Assembly: GCA_964016885.1 (NCBI GenBank)
Contig: OZ024744.1
Location: 1,736,001 to 1,800,000, forward strand
Reading direction: 5' to 3'
Length of the DNA stretch: 64,000 nt
Source: Eledone cirrhosa
Taxonomy: Eukaryota
The position numbers were made by a program, and so were the translations under genes. Each line of letters opens with the position of its first letter. The first letter of the stretch is position 1. Shown here piece by piece: positions 53,651 to 61,700 of this stretch. The notes beneath the pieces were generated by a model. That model was not told where the DNA came from and ran no database searches. It saw nothing but the letters and a program-made list of their open reading frames with translations.

Positions 53651-56600
53651 ACCTTGACTCCCCCAAAACTTCGTTCTTCACCAAGCTATCTTTCTCTACC
53701 TTGTCTTCCCCCAAAACTTCGTTCTTCACCAAGCTATCTTTCTCTACCTTGTCTTCCCCCAAAACTTCGTTCTTCACCAAGCTATCTTTCTCTACCTTGT
53801 CTTCCCCCAAAACTTCGTTCTTCACCAAGCTATCTTTCTCTACATTGTCTTCCCCAAAACTTCGTTCTTCACCAAGCTATCTTTCTCTACCTTGTCTTCC
53901 CCCAAAACTTCGTTCTTCACCAAGCTATCTTTCTCTACCTTGTCTTCCCCCAAAACTTCGTTCTTCACCAAGCTATCTTTCTCTACCTTGTCTTCCCCCA
54001 AAACTTCGTTGTTCACCAAGCTATCTTTCTCTACCTTGTCTTCCCCCAAAACTTCGTTCTTCACCAAGCTATCTTTCTCTACCTTGTCTTCCCCAAAACT
54101 TCGTTCTTCACCAAGCTATCTTTCTCTACCTTGTCTTCCCACAAAACTTCGTTCTTCACCAAGCTATCTTTCTCTACCTTGTCTTCCCACAAAACGTCGT
54201 TCTTCACCAAGCTATCTTTCTCTACCTTGTCTTCCCTCAAAACTTCGTTCTTCACCAAGCTATCTTTCTCTACATTGTCTTCCCCAAACCTTGGTTCTTC
54301 ACCAAGCTATCTTTCTCTACCTTGTCTTCCCCCAAAACTTCGTTCTTCACCAAGCTATCTTTCTCTACATTGTCTTCCCCAAAACTTCGTTCTTCACCAA
54401 GCTATCTTTCTCTACCTTGTCTTCCCCCAAAACTTCGTTGTTCACCAAGCTATCTTTCTCTACCTTGTCTTCCCCCAAAACTTCGTTCTTCACCAAGCTA
54501 TCTTTCTCTACCTTGTCTTCCCTCAAACCTTCGTTCTTCACCAAGCTATCTTTCTCTACCTTGTCTTCCCCCAAAACTTGGTTCTTCACCAAGCTATCTT
54601 TCTCTACATTGTCTTCCCCAAAACTTCGTTCTTCACCAAGCTATCTTTCTCTACCTTGTCTTCCCCCAAAACTTCGTTCTTCACCAAGCTATCTTTCTCT
54701 ACCTTGTCTTCCCTCAAAACGTCGTTCTTCACCAAGCTATCTTTCTCTACCTTGTCTTCTCCCAAAACTTCGTTATTCACCAAGCTATCTTTCTCTACCT
54801 TGTCTTCCCTCAAAATTTCGTTCTTCACCAAGCTATCTTTCTCGACCTTGTCTTCTCCCAAAACTTCGTTATTCACCAAGCTATCTTTCTCTACCTTGTC
54901 TTCCCTCAAAACTTCGTTCTTCACCAAGCTATCTTTCTCTACCTTGTCTTCCCCCAAAACTTCGTTCTTCACCAAGCTATCTTTCTCTACCTTGTCTTCT
55001 CCCAAAACTTCGTTATTCACCAAGCTATCTTTCTCTACCTTGTCTTCCCTCAAAACTTCGTTCTTCACCAAGCTATCTTTCTATACCTTGTCTTCCCCCA
55101 AAGCTTCGTTCTTCACCAAGCTATCTTTCTCTAGCTTGTCTTCCCACAAAACGTCGTTCTTCACCAAGCTATCTTTCCCTACCTTGTCTTCCCTCAAAAC
55201 GTCGTTCTTCACCAAGCTATCTTTCTCTACCTTGTCTGCCCTCAAAACATCGTTCTTCGCCAAGCTATCTTTCTCTACCTTGTCTTCTCCCAAAACTTCG
55301 TTATTCACCAAGCTATCTTTCTCTACCTTGTCTTCCCTCAAAACTTCGTTCTTCACCAAGCTATCTTTCTCTACTTTGTCTTCCCCCAAAACTTCGTTCT
55401 TCACCAAGCTATCTTTCTCTACCTTGTCTTCCCCCAAAACTTCGTTCTTCACCAAGCTATCTTTCTCTAGCTTGTCTTCACACAAAACTTCGTTCTTCAC
55501 CAAGCTATCTTTCTCTACCTTGTCTTCCCACAAAACGTCATTCTTCACCAAGCTATCTTTCTCTACCTTGTCTTCCGTCAAAACTTCGTTCTTCACCAAG
55601 ATATCTTTCTCTACCTTGTCTTCCCCCAAAACGTCATTCTTCACCAAGCTATCTTTCTCTACCTTGTCTTCCCTCAAAACTTCGTTCTTCACCAAGCTAT
55701 GTTTCTCTACATTGTCTTCCCCAAAACTTCGTTCTTCAGCAAGCTATCTTTCTCTACCTTGTCTTCCCCCAAAACTTCGTTCTTCACCAAGCTATCTTTC
55801 TCTACCTTGTCTTCCCCCAAAACTTCGTTCTTCACCAAGCTATCTTTCTCTACCTTGTCTTCCCCCAAAACTTCGTTCTTCACCAAGCTATCTTTCTCTA
55901 CCTTGTCTTCCCACAAAACTTCGTTCTTCACCAAGCTATCTTTCTCTACCTTGTCTTCCCCCCAAACTTCGTTCTTCACCAAGCTATCTTTCTCTACATT
56001 GTCCTCCCCAAAACTTCGTTCTTCACCAAGCTATCTTTCTCTACCTTGTCCTCCCTCAAAACGTCGTTCTTCACCAAGCTATCTTTCTCTACCTTGTCTT
56101 CTCCCAAAACTTCGTTATTCACCAAGCTATCTTTCTCTACCTTGTCTTCCCTCAAACCTTCGTTCTTCACCAAGCTATCTTTCTCTACCTTGTCTTCCCC
56201 CAAAACGTCATTCTTCACCAAGCTATCTTTCTCTACATTGTCTTCCCCAAAACTTCGTTCTTCACCAAGCTATCTTTCTCTACCTTGTCTTCCCCCAAAA
56301 CTTCGTTGTTCACCAAGCTATCTTTCTCTACCTTGTCTTCCCCCAAAACTTCGTTCTTCACCAAGCTATCTTTCTCTACCTTGTCTTCCCCAAAACTTCG
56401 TTCTTCACCAAGCTATCTTTCTCTACCTTGTCTTCCCTCAAAACTTCGTTCTTCACCAAGCTATCTTTCTCTACCTTGTCTTCCCACAAAACTTCGTTCT
56501 TCACCAAGCTATCTTTCTCTACCTTGTCTTCTCCCAAAACTTCGTTCTTCACCAAGCTATCTTTCTCTACCTTGTCTTCCCACAAAACTTCGTTCTTCAC

Positions 56601-58771
56601 CAAGCTATCTTTATCTACCTTGTCTTCCCACAAAACGTCGTTCTTCACCAAGCTATCTTTCTCTACCTTGTCTTCCCTCAAAACTTCGTTCTTCACCAAG
56701 CTATGTTTCTCTACATTGTCTTCCCCAAAACTTCGTTCTTCAGCAAGCTATCTTTCTCTACCTTGACTCCCCCAAAACTTCGTTCTTCACCAAGCTATCT
56801 TTCTCTACCTTGTCTTCCCCCAAAACTTCGTTCTTCACCAAGCTATCTTTCTCTACCTTGTCTTCCCCCAAAACTTCGTTCTTCACCAAGCTATCTTTCT
56901 CTACCTTGTCTTCCCCCAAAACTTCGTTCTTCACCAAGCTATCTTTCTCTACATTGTCTTCCCCAAAACTTCGTTCTTCACCAAGCTATCTTTCTCTACC
57001 TTGTCTTCCCCCAAAACTTCGTTCTTCACCAAGCTATCTTTCTCTACCTTGTCTTCCCCCAAAACTTCGTTCTTCACCAAGCTATCTTTCTCTACCTTGT
57101 CTTCCCCCAAAACTTCGTTGTTCACCAAGCTATCTTTCTCTACCTTGTCTTCCCCCAAAACTTCGTTCTTCACCAAGCTATCTTTCTCTACCTTGTCTTC
57201 CCCAAAACTTCGTTCTTCACCAAGCTATCTTTCTCTACCTTGTCTTCCCACAAAACTTCGTTCTTCACCAAGCTATCTTTCTCTACCTTGTCTTCCCACA
57301 AAACGTCGTTCTTCACCAAGCTATCTTTCTCTACCTTGTCTTCCCTCAAAACTTCGTTCTTCACCAAGCTATCTTTCTCTACATTGTCTTCCCCAAACCT
57401 TGGTTCTTCACCAAGCTATCTTTCTCTACCTTGTCTTCCCCCAAAACTTCGTTCTTCACCAAGCTATCTTTCTCTACATTGTCTTCCCCAAAACTTCGTT
57501 CTTCACCAAGCTATCTTTCTCTACCTTGTCTTCCCCCAAAACTTCGTTGTTCACCAAGCTATCTTTCTCTACCTTGTCTTCCCCCAAAACTTCGTTCTTC
57601 ACCAAGCTATCTTTCTCTACCTTGTCTTCCCTCAAACCTTCGTTCTTCACCAAGCTATCTTTCTCTACCTTGTCTTCCCCCAAAACTTGGTTCTTCACCA
57701 AGCTATCTTTCTCTACATTGTCTTCCCCAAAACTTCGTTCTTCACCAAGCTATCTTTCTCTACCTTGTCTTCCCCCAAAACTTCGTTCTTCACCAAGCTA
57801 TCTTTCTCTACCTTGTCTTCCCTCAAAACGTCGTTCTTCACCAAGCTATCTTTCTCTACCTTGTCTTCTCCCAAAACTTCGTTATTCACCAAGCTATCTT
57901 TCTCTACCTTGTCTTCCCTCAAAATTTCGTTCTTCACCAAGCTATCTTTCTCGACCTTGTCTTCTCCCAAAACTTCGTTATTCACCAAGCTATCTTTCTC
58001 TACCTTGTCTTCCCTCAAAACTTCGTTCTTCACCAAGCTATCTTTCTCTACCTTGTCTTCCCCCAAAACTTCGTTCTTCACCAAGCTATCTTTCTCTACC
58101 TTGTCTTCTCCCAAAACTTCGTTATTCACCAAGCTATCTTTCTCTACCTTGTCTTCCCTCAAAACTTCGTTCTTCACCAAGCTATCTTTCTATACCTTGT
58201 CTTCCCCCAAAGCTTCGTTCTTCACCAAGCTATCTTTCTCTAGCTTGTCTTCCCACAAAACGTCGTTCTTCACCAAGCTATCTTTCCCTACCTTGTCTTC
58301 CCTCAAAACGTCGTTCTTCACCAAGCTATCTTTCTCTACCTTGTCTGCCCTCAAAACATCGTTCTTCGCCAAGCTATCTTTCTCTACCTTGTCTTCTCCC
58401 AAAACTTCGTTATTCACCAAGCTATCTTTCTCTACCTTGTCTTCCCTCAAAACTTCGTTCTTCACCAAGCTATCTTTCTCTACTTTGTCTTCCCCCAAAA
58501 CTTCGTTCTTCACCAAGCTATCTTTCTCTACCTTGTCTTCCCCCAAAACTTCGTTCTTCACCAAGCTATCTTTCTCTAGCTTGTCTTCACACAAAACTTC
58601 GTTCTTCACCAAGCTATCTTTCTCTACCTTGTCTTCCCACAAAACGTCATTCTTCACCAAGCTATCTTTCTCTACCTTGTCTTCCGTCAAAACTTCGTTC
58701 TTCACCAAGATATCTTTCTCTACCTTGTCTTCCCCCAAAACGTCATTCTTCACCAAGCTATCTTTCTCTAC
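52528..58771. repeat. Tandem duplication of a 65-monomer block (period 3109 bp), 2 copies
   Basis: ORFs at 52598/55707, 52885/55994, 53267/56376, 53840/56949, 54365/57474, 54604/57713 and 55081/58190 are all offset by 3109. Shared rare markers are TGACTCCC, CCTTGG, TATACC, AAAGCTT and TCTGCC. Confidence 0.92.
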
Positions 58772-61700
58772 ATTGTCTTCCCCAAAACTTCGTTCTTCAC
58801 CAAGCTATCTTTCTCTACCTTGTCTTCCCTCAGAACTTCGTTCTTCAACAAGCTATCTTTCTCTACCTTGTCTTCCCCCCAAACTTCGTTCTTCACCAAG
58901 CTATCTTTCTCTACATTGTCCTCCCCAAAACTTCGTTCTTCACCAAGCTATCTTTCTCTACCTTGTCTTCCCTCAAAACGTCGTTCTTCACCAAGCTATC
59001 TTTCTCTACCTTGTCTTCTCCCAAAACTTCGTTATTCACCAAGCTATCTTTCTCTACCTTGTCTTCCCTCAAACCTTCGTTCTTCACCAAGCTATCTTTC
59101 TCTACCTTGTCTTCCCCCAAAACGTCATTCTTCACCAAGCTATCTTTCTCTACATTGTCTTCCCCAAAACTTCGTTCTTCACCAAGCTATCTTTCTCTAC
59201 CTTGTCTTCCCCCAAAACTTCGTTGTTCACCAAGCTATCTTTCTCTACCTTGTCTTCCCCCAAAACTTCGTTCTTCACCAAGCTATCTTTCTCTACCTTG
59301 TCTTCCCCAAAACTTCGTTCTTCACCAAGCTATCTTTCTCTACCTTGTCTTCCCTCAAAACTTCGTTCTTCACCAAGCTATCTTTCTCTACCTTGTCTTC
59401 CCACAAAACTTCGTTCTTCACCAAGCTATCTTTCTCTACCTTGTCTTCTCCCAAAACTTCGTTCTTCACCAAGCTATCTTTCTCTACCTTGTCTTCCCAC
59501 AAAACTTCGTTCTTCACCAAGCTATCTTTATCTACCTTGTCTTCCCACAAAACGTCGTTCTTCACCAAGCTATCTTTCTCTACCTTGTCTTCCCTCAAAA
59601 CTTCGTTCTTCACCAAGCTATGTTTCTCTACATTGTCTTCCCCAAAACTTCGTTCTTCAGCAAGCTATCTTTCTCTACCTTGACTCCCCCAAAACTTCGT
59701 TCTTCACCAAGCTATCTTTCTCTACCTTGTCTTCCCCCAAAACTTCGTTCTTCACCAAGCTATCTTTCTCTACCTTGTCTTCCCCCAAAACTTCGTTCTT
59801 CACCAAGCTATCTTTCTCTACCTTGTCTTCCCACAAAACTTCGTTCTTCACCAAGCTATCTTTCTCTACCTTGTCTTCCCTCAAAACGTCGTTCTTCACC
59901 AAGCTATCTTTCTCTACCTTGTCTTCTCCCAAAACTTCGTTATTCACCAAGCTATCTTTCTCTACCTTGTCTTCCCTCAAACCTTCGTTCTTCACCAAGC
60001 TATCTTTCTCTACCTTGTCTTCCCCCAAAACTTCGTTCTTTACCAAGCTATCTTTCTCTACATTGTCTTCCCCAAAACTTCGTTCTTCACCAAGCTATCT
60101 TTCTCTACCTTGTCTTCCCCCAAAACTTCATTGTTCACCAAGCTATCTTTCTCTACCTTATCTTCCCTCAGAACTTCGTTCTTCAACAAGCTATCTTTCT
60201 CTACCTTGTCTTCCCCCCAAACTTCGTTCTTCACCAAGCTATCTTTCTCTACATTGTCCTCCCCAAAACTTCGTTCTTCACCAAGCTATCTTTCTCTACC
60301 TTGTCTTCCCTCAAAACGTCGTTCTTCACCAAGCTATCTTTCTCTACCTTGTCTTCTCCCAAAACTTCGTTATTCACCAAGCTATCTTTCTCTACCTTGT
60401 CTTCCCTCAAACCTTCGTTCTTCACCAAGCTATCCTTCTCTACCTTGTCTTCCCCCAAAACTTTGTTTTTCACCAAGCTATCTTTCTCTACATTGTCTTC
60501 CCCAAAACTTCGTTCTTCACCAAGCTATCTTTCTCTACCTTGTCTTCCCCCAAAACTTCGTTGTTCACCAAGCTATCTTTCTCTACCTTGTCTTCCCCCA
60601 AAACTTCGTTCTTCACCAAGCTATCTTTCTCTACCTTGTCTTCCCCAAAACTTCGTTCTTCACCAAGCTATCTTTCTCTACCTTGTCTTCCCTCAAAACT
60701 TCGTTCTTCACCAAGCTATCTTTCTCTACCTTGTCTTCCCACAAAACGTCGTTCTTCACCAAGCTATCTTTCTCTACATTGTCCTCCCCAAAACTTCGTT
60801 CTTCACCAAGCTATCTTTCTCTACCTTGTCTTCCCTCAAAACGTCGTTCTTCACCAAGCTATCTTTCTCTACCTTGTCTTCTCCCTAAACTTTGTTCTTC
60901 ACCAAGCTATCTTTCTCTACATTGTCTTCCCCAAAACTTCGTTCTTCACCAAGCTATCTTTCTCTACCTTGTCTTCCCCCAAAACTTCGTTGTTCACCAA
61001 GCTATCTTTCTCTACCTTGTCTTCCCCCAAAACTTCGTTCTTCACCAAGCTATCTTTCTCTACCTTGTCTTCCCTCAAAACTTCGTTCTTCACCAAGCTA
61101 TCTTTCTCTACCTTGTCTTCCCACAAAACTTCGTTCTTCACCAAGCTATCTTTCTCTACCTTGTCTTCCCACAAAACGTCGTTCTTCACCAAGCTATCTT
61201 TCTCTACATTGTCCTCCCCAAAACTTCGTTCTTCACCAAGCTATCTTTCTCTACCTTGTCTTCCCTCAAAACGTCGTTCTTCACCAAGCTATCTTTCTCT
61301 ACCTTGTCTTCTCCCAAAACTTCGTTATTCACCAAGCTATCTTTCTCTACCTTGTCTTCCCTCAAACCTTCGTTCTTCACCAAGCTATCTTTCTCTACCT
61401 TGTCTTCCCCCAAAACTTTGTTCTTCACCAAGCTATCTTTCTCTACATTGTCTTCCCCAAAACTTCGTTCTTCACCAAGCTATCTTTCTCTACCTTGTCT
61501 TCCCCCAACACTTCGTTGTTCACCAAGCTATCTTTCTCTACCTTGTCTTCCCCCAAAACTTCGTTCTTCACCAAGCTATCTTTCTCTACCTTGTCTTCCC
61601 CAAAACTTCGTTCTTCACCAAGCTATCTTTCTCTACCTTGTCTTCCCTCAAAACTTCGTTCTTCACCAAGCTATCTTTCTCTACCTTGTCTTCCCACAAA

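Noticed and set aside
29-60888. Giant + strand ORFs (up to 4210 aa, e.g. 26350..38982, 22229..32194, 16135..26013)
   Set aside because: All three + frames of the consensus lack stops. The ORFs overlap one another, mostly begin at non-ATG codons within the repeat, and cycle through the three repeat translations at each indel. They are compositional artefacts.
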